Shown here: piece after piece, positions 12,250-22,112 of the stretch | Layout of the letters: each line of letters begins with the position of its first letter | Numbering within the stretch: position 1 is the stretch's first letter | Assembly (NCBI GenBank): GCA_001275005.1 | Contig: JWZX01003364.1 | Span: forward strand, 1 to 64,000 | DNA from: Chrysochromulina tobinii | Lineage: Eukaryota | Length of the DNA stretch: 64,000 nt | Reading direction: 5' to 3' | Made by a program: the position numbers and the translations under genes | Notes under the pieces: generated by a model | The model's database searches: none | The model's input: the letters and a program-made list of their open reading frames with translations, nothing else | Told to the model about the DNA's origin: nothing

Positions 12250-12485
12250 GCCGTGCCCTAGGCTTTGTCGGCGCTGACGAGACCGACGACTCGAGGCTCA
12301 TTCCGCCAAACTTGCATCGCAAACTTGGTGCGGAACATCAAACCATTACAGCGCCTCGACCACGCGCATGCGTCATGCAATGTGAGCGTTTGTGAACAGC
12401 ACGTCACTGGTCTTGCATGCAATTAGTGTTTCCTCGTACCGACTCTTGTTTTGAAAGTACTGGAGGTTTGAGGTTTCCAAACCAC

Positions 12486-13541
12486 ATGAATGCTTCTTGG
12501 CAAGGTCGTGGCCCCTGCTACTCTTCCAGACACTACAACAACGTGCCGACGTGCAGATCGCCGATCGACGAGTGCGGATCGATCCAGGTGGCCGCACCTC
12601 GCATGGCCTTCATGGTCGTCGGCATGCCGCGGGGGTTCCTCTCCGAAGGTGGCTACAAACTCTTTGCAGAGCGCGTCGTTCGCTCGTTCGCGGCGCACAC
12701 GGCGTCGCGCGTCTTTCTCCATCTGAAGATGGGTGCCGAGAAGGCGCAGTGGGATGCTCTCGCCAACGCGACCTCCGAGTTGCTGCATCCCGCGACGGTG
12801 TCGACGCCGCGCGAGGAAAGCAGCGGTCAGGAAGTCTACCGAGATGTGCATCGTCGCGCGGCTCGAGGCGAGCCCCTCTCGACGAGCACGCCCTTGCACC
12901 CCGAATGCTTCTGGCGTGACGAGGCGCCGCACTACCCCCTATCGCAGGCGCGCGTGTGGTGGTCGACGATGAACGATGGCTGGCAGGTAGTGGTAGAGTA
13001 TGAGATCAAGGCAAGTGTGCGCTTCGATGCCGTCGTCTTCACACGCCCCGACCTCTTTTGGGAGGCGAATATGGGGCCCTGGTGTGCATATGACCTCGGC
13101 ACCATGGCTGCCGAGTGGAGCGGGCAGTGGTACACGCCTGCCGGGAGCCTCACGCCGGATATGTTTTGGGTGCTGCCGCGCCGTACAGCCGCGGCAGTGC
13201 TGTCCACTTGGGTCGAGATCATTGTGCCCTGCCGCCCGAACCAGGCCTGCTGCAACTTCACGCTCGCGCAGCCGCCACACGCTCGGGTTCCCTACTCGAT
13301 CTGGCTGCGCGAGTACTGGCATCGCGTCGGCGGCTTCACACTCAACCAGACCCTGCCGGGCTTCGGGAGGGTCGGGGCTAACCCGAAGAAGGCGCATCGG
13401 AACTGCACCATGCACCTCGGCTGCATGCCGAGGGGGGAGACGAGGGGCACCCATGGTAGGGGCAGCCGCCCCAGTGGGACCTTGAGGGAACCCTCGAGGG
13501 CCACGGATGGATTGTGGAGTGACTGGAGGGGGCGATTTTGA
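12486..13541 (+). CDS. Uncharacterised glycosyltransferase-like protein
   Basis: Long ORF with RMAFMVVGMPRGF...VFLHL and RFDAVVFTRPDLFW...TPDMFWVLPR, resembling algal/viral GT-like families carrying a RxRPD motif. Confidence 0.5.
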   Translation: MNASWQGRGPCYSSRHYNNVPTCRSPIDECGSIQVAAPRMAFMVVGMPRGFLSEGGYKLFAERVVRSFAAHTASRVFLHLKMGAEKAQWDALANATSELLHPATVSTPREESSGQEVYRDVHRRAARGEPLSTSTPLHPECFWRDEAPHYPLSQARVWWSTMNDGWQVVVEYEIKASVRFDAVVFTRPDLFWEANMGPWCAYDLGTMAAEWSGQWYTPAGSLTPDMFWVLPRRTAAAVLSTWVEIIVPCRPNQACCNFTLAQPPHARVPYSIWLREYWHRVGGFTLNQTLPGFGRVGANPKKAHRNCTMHLGCMPRGETRGTHGRGSRPSGTLREPSRATDGLWSDWRGRF

Positions 13542-13804
13542 AATGAGAGGGGACCGGGCGTGGGGCGGGATGCTACAGTCAACCAAGCAGATAGCAGTCA
13601 ACGCTTTAGGTATCGATGGCTCGTCATGTGGGCCTCGAGTGATTTTTTACAAACATCAAACTCGAGTTTCGGATGTGCACCGCACACAGTATCCTCCTCA
13701 TTATGAGAACGCTCATGACGCGTTCAAACTTCAGCGTTCAGGTTTGTCAGTCCAGAAATGGTCACTGTGAGACTGAAGCACCCAGAGAGTACGGGAGATT
13801 CCAC

Positions 13805-15640
13805 TTAGATTGCACCGGAAATTGCACCGGAGATTGCACGCCTCCGACGCTGCTGCGGCCTCGTCGCCGTCTCCTCAAACGCAACCTCCACCTTGCGCTT
13901 GCCACCCTTATTGCCAACCAGCATGGCGCCGCCCTCGCGCCTCGGAGGGGTGAGGGACACCTCATCGCCGCGCAGCCAGATCACGTCGACGGTGCTCGGC
14001 ACGGCGCCCAGCAGAGCGCGCAGCCAGTCGTCGCGTCGCACGCTCCCACGCCGCAAGCACGAGATATTGCACCCGTGCACAGGGCACACACTGCTCCGCG
14101 CCTGGCACGACTGGTGGCGCCGAATCTCCTCGAGAGCCTCGAGGTTGCACCGGCTCAGATGCATGCAGCCCTCGAGCGTGGCGGGGTCGGTCAGCCGCTG
14201 GTGCGAGAGTACGCACTGCAGCCTCAGCTGCTCCCACTCGACCTGCACCTCGAGCAGCGCCTCGTCCTCGTCCTCGTCCGACTCCATCGCCTGCGCCACG
14301 GCTGGTATCGCGCGCACCTCACGGCACTCCTCCTCCTCCTCCTCCTCCTCGTCCTCGTCCTCCTCCTCGTCATCGGTGGGCGTGAGCTCGAGCTTGACCT
14401 CGCAGTCCTCATCGTCGACCTCGCCATCGAGCTCGCCCACCTCATCGTCCTCGTCGTCCTCGTCGTCCTCGTCGTCCTGCTCGTCGCTGCCCTCGTCGTT
14501 CTCGTCGCCCTCATCGTCATGCCCGGCGCCCTCAGCCTCTGCAGCTGCTTCGCCGTCGCGGGCCATGTGCCTGGCATATGTGACGGCGGCCTCGACGGTG
14601 GTGGCGAAGCATCCGAGAGAGGCATAGCGCCCTTCACACTCGTATCTGGCCTGGAAGGGCTTAGCCGGAGGCTGCCCTGATGGATTATTTGGAGTGCGGT
14701 ACACGCGACGGTAGCCCGTGCTCGAGCGAGGTGAGAGATGCAGCCGGAGCCCCTCAGCCTCGGTGACGATGCCTGCTGCATCTGCCTCCCCGGCTGCTTC
14801 GCCGCCGCGGGCCATGTGCTTTGCATATGCGACGGCGGCCTCGACGGCGGTGGCGAAGCATCCGAGAAAGACATTTCGCCCATCACGCTTGTATCCGGCC
14901 TGGAAGGGCTTCGCCCGAGGCTGCCCTGATGGATAAATTGGCATGCGGATCACGCGAAGGTAGCCCGTGCTCGACTGAGGTGAGAGATGCAGCCGGAGCC
15001 CCTCAGCCTCGGTGACCATCCCTGCTGCATCGCCATCTGGCGTCAGTTCGTCTCCAGCCTCCGAGACGGCCTCCTCCGCCACATCGCAGCTGTTGAAAGC
15101 AGGCTCGGTATTCTGCTCGCACACCCATGCGCCCGCGAAGGCATCAGCACCAACATTGACATCCTTGCTAAGCCGTCGCCACTTGCCGCAGCGGTCGCAC
15201 GCAACCCACGTATCTTCCTCACGAGGCATGTGGCCGCGTGTGAGACTTCCCCTTTCCTCCTCCTCCACCTCCTCCGCCTCCTCCTCCTCGCCTTCCTCGA
15301 GAGGCCCTTCCTCTTCTGCACCGCCCTCTTCGACTTCGTCACACGCTCCGTCCCAAGCGCCGTCCCCAACGGCAGCCCGGCTTCTGCTTCGCTGCTTTGC
15401 AATCGCCGCCTGCGACACCGGCTTGAGGCCTTCCAAGACGCGAGACGAAGGCCGCCGCTCGCGCGCACCTCTTACCAGCGTAGGAACTCGATGCAGGCCA
15501 CCATGCTTGTCCGGTAGGGTGCAGCCAAACGTACCACACTCGTCCCTGTCCTCGTCACTGTCCTCGCACTCATCACGCTCAAGCGCGACGTTGCTGGCGT
15601 TGACCGGTATGCCACGCGGCACTTGGTCCGCAGCGTGCAT
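13805..15640 (-). CDS. Chromatin/transcription factor: zf-CW, two AP2 domains, acidic tract and SP-RING (MIZ) finger
   Basis: CW: TWVACDRCGKWRRL...WVCEQN...NSCDVAEE. AP2 x2: LHLSPQSSTGYLRV...FQA...LGCFATAVEAAVAYA. SP-RING: LRLQCVLSHQRLTDPATLEGCMHLSRC...CPVHGCN. Confidence 0.85.
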   Translation of the reverse strand: MHAADQVPRGIPVNASNVALERDECEDSDEDRDECGTFGCTLPDKHGGLHRVPTLVRGARERRPSSRVLEGLKPVSQAAIAKQRSRSRAAVGDGAWDGACDEVEEGGAEEEGPLEEGEEEEAEEVEEEERGSLTRGHMPREEDTWVACDRCGKWRRLSKDVNVGADAFAGAWVCEQNTEPAFNSCDVAEEAVSEAGDELTPDGDAAGMVTEAEGLRLHLSPQSSTGYLRVIRMPIYPSGQPRAKPFQAGYKRDGRNVFLGCFATAVEAAVAYAKHMARGGEAAGEADAAGIVTEAEGLRLHLSPRSSTGYRRVYRTPNNPSGQPPAKPFQARYECEGRYASLGCFATTVEAAVTYARHMARDGEAAAEAEGAGHDDEGDENDEGSDEQDDEDDEDDEDDEVGELDGEVDDEDCEVKLELTPTDDEEEDEDEEEEEEEECREVRAIPAVAQAMESDEDEDEALLEVQVEWEQLRLQCVLSHQRLTDPATLEGCMHLSRCNLEALEEIRRHQSCQARSSVCPVHGCNISCLRRGSVRRDDWLRALLGAVPSTVDVIWLRGDEVSLTPPRREGGAMLVGNKGGKRKVEVAFEETATRPQQRRRRAISGAISGAI

Positions 15641-15861
15641 TGTGGCTAGGCTGCGCCAATTCCTAATTCTTGTCGAGTTTCGAAATAAATGTAATGGATG
15701 CGAGTGGCATGCATCCTACATTGAAATCTTGTACAAGAACCACATTACATGTAGCTTGGGGATGATGAGTCGGGCTTTTCACAGGTCTGGCTGAGTCAGG
15801 GTGTCATTTCACGCGTCCCAGGGCTCGCCCTCCCTGTGTTGTGCGATGCGACGATCGGACG

Positions 15862-16662
15862 ATGCTTCGCGTGGTCGTGCCCCGAATCGGCGGCTGGTGG
15901 CCGACCGCAAACGAGGCGGCCACGACCCGATCGATCCGCCTCGTACGTGGTGACCTCGCACAATGGCAAGCCGATGCTCTGGCCGTGTCTGCAAACCCGT
16001 ACCTCGAGGGCACGTCCCGTGCTTCTCACTGGCGCTTTGCGGGCCGTCAGAATGCTGATGGTTCAGTGCGTCAAGCAGGAGGAGCCGCACTGGCTTCATC
16101 GTCATCCGAAGCTGCAGCGCGGGCCGGTGTGCCTCTCGCGCCCGGCAGAGCCATCACCTCTCGCGCTGGCGGCGTGCTCAGAGCAGATTGGATCGTGCAT
16201 GTGGTCGCGCCGGACGCACTGCTGGAACAGCCGCCAGAGCGCAGCGCCCTGTTACGCCAGACATATGACGCGGCCCTGGATGCTGCGGCCGCCAAGGGAT
16301 GCCGAAGTTTGGCGCTGCCGGCCATTGGGCGCGGCATCCGCGGCTTTCCTCCCGAGGAAGCCGCGAAGGCGGCGTTCGATGCGGCCGCCGCATGGCTCAC
16401 ATTCCAGGATGGTGACCGTCGGCACGGGCAGCTCAGCCGTGTCGACTTTGTGGTCTATTCCGACTTTGTGGCGCACCACTGGTGGCCGTGTGCACTGTCC
16501 TCGTTCGGGACGGCGCTCGAGCACGCGGCTCAGCTCGGGACGGCGCTCGAGCACGCGGCTCAGCTCGGGACGGCGCTCGAGCACGCGGCTCTGCTGGACG
16601 ATGCATTGGCTGTCGACCTGGCACCGGGCGGACTCGTGTGGCGCTACAGGGGTGGAGCTTAA
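15862..16662 (+). CDS. Macro domain protein (MacroD/YmdB-like ADP-ribose hydrolase)
   Basis: IRLVRGDLAQWQADALAVSAN...DGSVRQAGG...IVHVVAP...YDAALDAA...SLALPAIGRGIRGFPPEEAA. A 30-bp tandem repeat x3 lies near the C-terminus. Confidence 0.9.
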   Translation: MLRVVVPRIGGWWPTANEAATTRSIRLVRGDLAQWQADALAVSANPYLEGTSRASHWRFAGRQNADGSVRQAGGAALASSSSEAAARAGVPLAPGRAITSRAGGVLRADWIVHVVAPDALLEQPPERSALLRQTYDAALDAAAAKGCRSLALPAIGRGIRGFPPEEAAKAAFDAAAAWLTFQDGDRRHGQLSRVDFVVYSDFVAHHWWPCALSSFGTALEHAAQLGTALEHAAQLGTALEHAALLDDALAVDLAPGGLVWRYRGGA

Positions 16663-16958
16663 TTAGGCTGGAGCCCTGGAGCCCACCTCTGCAGGGTCTC
16701 GAGGTATCGAGGTAATCTTTGACACCCTGCACGCCGGGAGAGACCGACCTCACTCCGCATTATGGAGTGACCCGAGAGAGCGATTACTCAGTACTTGTGT
16801 TGACCGAGGGGTGCGGAGCCGACATTTGAGACAGTTCCTACGGTCTGAAGTTTGACTTGAACTTGACAACTTTGAACGTGGCCAAAGATGTGTTCTTGGA
16901 AGGAAGGCGCTCTTCCGTGCCAGCCGGTGTGCGGGGGCATTCTCTTGGCCGCACAAGC

Positions 16959-19900
16959 ATGCCGGAATTGCCTGCTGCTCCAGCGACGTCCATGTCTCCG
17001 GTTTCTCCCGCCGAGGCGGACCGTCGCTTGTGTGCCAACGGCAAAATTGACTACCTGACCGACCCGCGCCTGGCCAAGCTCACCTTTGCCAGCATCAAGA
17101 AGCACGTCGAGGCGACGTGCGCGAGCCGTGGCTTGCCGTCAGTGCAGCTCAAGAGGAAGCTCTTGGGATGCGCCACCAAGTTTGCGATCGTGGCAATCGC
17201 GGATGAGTACAACGTGGAGCTCGACACGCTGCTCGATGAGCTCGGGCCGATCAAGACGTTCACGCCCGGCTTCAAGAAAGGTGACGTCGAGCGCGTGGCA
17301 GCGAAGGCGGCCGAAGAGCACAAGAAGAAATTGGAGTCGGACGAGCAGAAGACCACGCGGCTTGCCAGGGAGAAGCTCGAGCACGAGGCGTCGGTGCAGC
17401 GCCCAGTTCTGGCGGACCAAGCGGCGGCGGGCATCGCCCAGTTCAAGCAGGAGCAAGCGGCGGGCTTCAAGAGTGAGTACGAAAAGTACAAGCAGAAGCA
17501 CGCGGTGGAGAGGGCGGAGAGGGCGGAGCGCGGCCGGTTCGTGCGCGATCGCTTCGCTGACGAAATCTCACCTTCCGATGCAAGCGACGACGCCAACATC
17601 TCCATATTAGGCAACGCCGCCCTTGCCGATGATGCGGCCGATTCCCTCGCCGATGCGCTGTTGGATGCGCTCGTGGCGGCGCGCGTGCCCAAGGGCACGC
17701 TCGACGTGCCGGTGCGCCCGCATGCGCGCCGCCTGCCGAGCGGCCGGCGCGGCATCAGCCGCAAGATGCTGCGCGCCATCAGGCGCTTCTTCCGCGCGCG
17801 CGGCGCGCTCGGCATGCTAATGGGCGACGTGTGCAAAAAGGAGGGCTTCGTGTGGAGCGTGTGCGCGCTCACGCGCTCGACGGGGCTCTCGCTCGTCGAG
17901 ACGCTCGTGCTCACGGCCGAGGCGCGTGGCGAGGTGGCGGACGCGCTCATCGGCCTCGCGACCACCTTCTTCTCGTACTCGTGGGATGGCACGAAGCTGG
18001 GCGACATGCTCGACGCCATCGAGCGCAGGCTGGCCGAGCTCGAGGCCTCCGACGGCGTGACGCGCTACGTGTGGATCGACATCTTTGCGGCCTCTCAGAC
18101 GCTGCTCGCGGGCGAGTTTGATGCCGACCGCTACCTTCGGGGCAGCGAGGAGCGCAAGGCGCGCAAGGAGGACACGGACCACGTGTTTGCCGAAGCGATG
18201 GCGGCCATCAGCGAGCTCCTCTTGTACTGCTCGCCGCTCACGGCCGAGTGGCCCGCGCCCAACCAGCCCTTTTTGCTGCCCGAGCGCGGCGCGCCGCCCG
18301 CCGGTTGGTTGCGCCGCGGGCCGGGCGCGATGACGCGCGCGTGGTGCATGTTCGAGGTCGTCAAGGCGCTCGCCAAGGGCGCAACGCTGCACGTGGTGCT
18401 CGCGCCCGCGGACGTGGATGGCTTCGAGGAGCTGCTGACGAGGCGCTTTGACGAGATTGCGGGCATCGTGGCGGGCATCGACGCGGCCGACGCGCAGATC
18501 ACCAAGATCGAGGACCGCGACTACATCCTGGCTGAGGTGGCGCTGCTCAAGGGCGGCATCGGCGCGGTGACGGCGACGGTGTGCGCGTCGCTGCGCGAGT
18601 GGCTCGCGGCCGAGGGCCGCGCGGCGCTGGCGCGCATCCCGAGCGAGAAACGCGCCACGTCGACGCTGCAGACCCAGCTCGGCCGGCTTCTCCAGAACCT
18701 GGGCAAGCATCTCGAGGCAGCGCCGATGCTCCGCGAGGCGCTCGAGGCGAGGCGTGCGACGCTCGGCAATCGGCACCCCGACACTTTGGTCTCCATGAAC
18801 AATCTGGGCAGGCTGCTGCACATCATGGGCAAGCTTGACGAGGCGGGGGCTTTGCTTCGGGAGGCGCTTCGGATTCGGCGTGCCACGCTGGGCGATGAGC
18901 ACCGCGATACCCTTGATTCGGTTACAAATCTGGGGATGCTGCTGAAGGACCAGGTGAGCTCTCATGTGGCCTGGATTGCAGTGGATTGCCATTGGTTGCA
19001 ATGGATTGATTGCCACGGAATGCTGAAGGACCCGGTGAGCTCTAATGTGGCCTTGATGGCCATGGATTGCCATGGATTGCCACTGATAGGAGCTTCGTCA
19101 ACCCCCCAGGGCAAGCTCCCGGAGGCGGAGGTGCTGTGGAAGGAGGTGCTCGAGGTGCGTCGTGCGCAGCTGGGCGATCGGCACACCGACACCTTCAAGT
19201 CCATCAACAATCTGGGGCTGCTGCTGCAGAAGCAAGGCAAGCTCGACGAGGCGGAGCCGTTACTTCGGTCGGCGCTCGAGGCGAGGCGTGCGACACTACC
19301 TTACCGGCACCCCGACATGCTCGCATCGATGAATAACCTCGGGCGGCTGCTTTACGACCAAGGGCGACTTGACGAGGCAGGCGTGCTCTACCGCGAGGCG
19401 CTCGAGGCGCAGCGCGCGACGCTCGGCGACCAGCACCCGAGCACCCTCGTCTCGATAAGCAATCTGGGTCTGCTGCTGCAGGCTCAGGGCCAGCTCGACG
19501 AGGCGGCGCTGCTGCACCGGGAGGCGCTCGAGGGGCGCGTGGCAACGCTCGGCGATCGGCACCCGCACACCCTCACCTTCATCAACAATCTGGGGCTGTT
19601 GCTGCAAGACCAGGGCAAGCTCGATGAGGCGGAGCTGTTGCTGCGCGAGGCGCTCGAGGCACGCCGTGAGATCCTCGGCGATCGAGACGCCAACACACTC
19701 ATCTCCATCAGCAACTTGGCGCGGCTGCTCCAAGACAAAGGTCAGCTCGACGAAGCCGACCCGTTAATGTCCGAAGCGTTCGACGGTTGCGCCGCGACGC
19801 TCGCAGAGGGCCATCGCACCCGGCTGCGCTCGCAAGCCTGGCTCGCAGACGTGCGCCGCGCGCAAGGCCGCATCGAGAGCGCCCGCGCGCTCGTGGATGC

Positions 19901-20270
19901 ACGCGTGCTCAGCACGGCGCGTGCGGCGCTGGGCCCTAATGTGGAATCGATGCTGATGCTCGAGGCCGTCGACGCCCGGCTCCGGTGTGCGGAGGGCGGA
20001 GGGCTCTGATGGCCTCTGATGGCCTCTGATGGCCTCTGATGGCCTCTGACTGCCTCTGATGGCCTCAGATGACCTCTGATTGCCTAAGATGACTTCTGAT
20101 GACCTCTGATTGCCTCCCTCATCAGGTGTGCGGAGGGTGGAGGGCTCGAGCCGCTCGAATTGGCCCTCGAGCGCATGCGCACCGTCCTCGGGCCGCAGCA
20201 CCCGGAGACACGGCGGTGCGCGGCAGCTCTTGCGCAGGAGCAAGAGGCTGCTGTTGCTGCAAGTGATTAG
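16959..20270 (+). CDS. TIR/HET-like domain plus kinesin-light-chain-type TPR array; introns 18954-19109 and 19985-20125
   Basis: FFSYSW...YVWIDIF...TRAWCMFEV motifs, then ~42-aa repeats (HPDTLVSMNNLGRLL...GKLDEA..L.REALE.RRATLG). The last exon ...RTVLGPQHPETRRC...ASD* ends at 20270. Confidence 0.85.
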
Positions 20271-20622
20271 GGTCCACTTAGACGCTGCTTACATAGGCGT
20301 TGGGCTAAGTTTGGGGACGATTTCGCTCAGGCAGCCTCGAAGCGTCCAGTGTCATTATATCATATGAGAAACCGAATTTTACGAGTACCAACCCTACTTG
20401 CTACTACGGTTCGACACTTCGACTTCGAGCGAGGGTCAAGTCTAAGACTTAGTCTATACACATAAACAACTGACAAGAACCAAATGGAAGCCTATCGAAT
20501 GTGCTCCGGAAGCCAGCTGGTACTGGAGAGGACGGGTGTCGATGGAGATGCCATGGATGACGAAAGGTATACTTTGACTAAACTTCGAACTTGCTTGACT
20601 TTCATTCACGCACGAAATCGAA

Positions 20623-21972
20623 ATGGCATTCAGCTTGCTTGGGGCATCCACATTAGCTCGCCGAAGAAGCGACCCTCGACTGCAGCTGTGGTCAACGCCC
20701 AAGTTGTTGCCGCCGCCGAGGCCGCCGACACCACCGCCACCCCCTCCGCCTCCGCCGCCACCACGCATCGCACCGCCGCCGCCGCCGCCGCCGTTTGACG
20801 AGTTCACCCTGCGCGACCTGCTCAAGCGCACGGGAGCTGACGGTAAGAGTTGGCACAAGCGACGTACGCGCGATTATTTTATGGAGTGGGACGTGGACGG
20901 TTCCGGCGCGATCGACGCGTGATGAGTTCTTCGACGCCATCTATAAACTCGGCGTGACGTACGTGTCGGAGGCCGACCTCGAGCGAACGTTCAACTTCTT
21001 TGATGTCGACGGCTCCGGTCACATCGATTACAAGGAGCTGGATCGAAGGCTGCTCCAGGTTTGATGGCCGGCCTCTGATGACCTCTGATGGCCTCTGATG
21101 ATCTCTGATGGCCTCTGATGCCCTCTGATGCCCTCTGATGGCCTCCGAAGGCCTCTCTGGTCGCTGACGTTCACACTTTGCGTCGCGACTGCCCACAGCT
21201 TCCGAGCCATCGCCCGCCTCCTCCCAGATCGCCGCCACCTCCGCCCGACCCCGGAGCACCCCCGCCGCCGCCCACGCCGCCCACGCCGTTCCGCCGGGTC
21301 CGTGCACGCCCTTCGCGCGTACGAGGTGTGAATGGGGGCGTACGAGGTGTGAATGGGGGCGTACGTGTGAATGGGCCCGACTCGAGCCTTTCCTTATTAG
21401 GCATGTCGAATGGCACTTCGCCCTCGAGGCTTGCGCTTGGGTCGCAGATGCATGCAGCCAGGCCGCAGGACGCCACCGCGGGCATGTGGTACGCAGTAGC
21501 CAAGCAGATGCTCGACGACACCAAGACCCAAAATAGGAAGGTGCATTGGATCCAGCAGCCTTCTTTGCATGCTTCCCTGCAGCCTTCTTTGCATGCTTCC
21601 CTGCCGCCTTCCTGGCATGACCCCTGGGGACAAGGCCACAATCTCGACTACAATCTCGGTTACAATCTCGGCTACAATATGGGCGGCTATCCTGCTGGGG
21701 CGCATCTGGGCGGCTATCTCGGTCACAATCTCGGCTACAACTTCCCACCGCACATCGCCGCTCCGGGCGCATTGCCTAATTGGGGTGGCCCCTCACACCT
21801 TCCTATTTTGGGTTATCCACCAGAGGGCCCTCCGCCACCACGACCGCCCTTGACGACGCCACCCCGGCGCCCTCCCAGGCGAGAAGGTGATGATCGGGCT
21901 CCGATGCTGCATATCTCTTGGTCGACTGGCCGTCTCCCCGGCCGTGGCGATACATCGCGACTTGTCTTGTGA
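20623..21972 (+). CDS. Pro-rich EF-hand protein with a 1-nt frameshift at ~20915 and an intron at ~21059-21198
   Basis: EF-hands FMEWDVDGSGAI(T)RDEF and FNFFDVDGSGHIDYKEL are split across frames. The intron carries the TGATG(G/A)CCTC microsatellite. Confidence 0.65.
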
Positions 21973-22112
21973 GGGCATGAGAAACAGTCGGACACATACA
22001 TGCAAATTCACAAAACCAACAGTTTGGTCGAATTTAGAACACGGTTTTCAAAGTGTGCGGAAACGGTGTGGCGTGTGCCTGATCCCAATGCGTGGGCACA
22101 AACAGTAAACTC

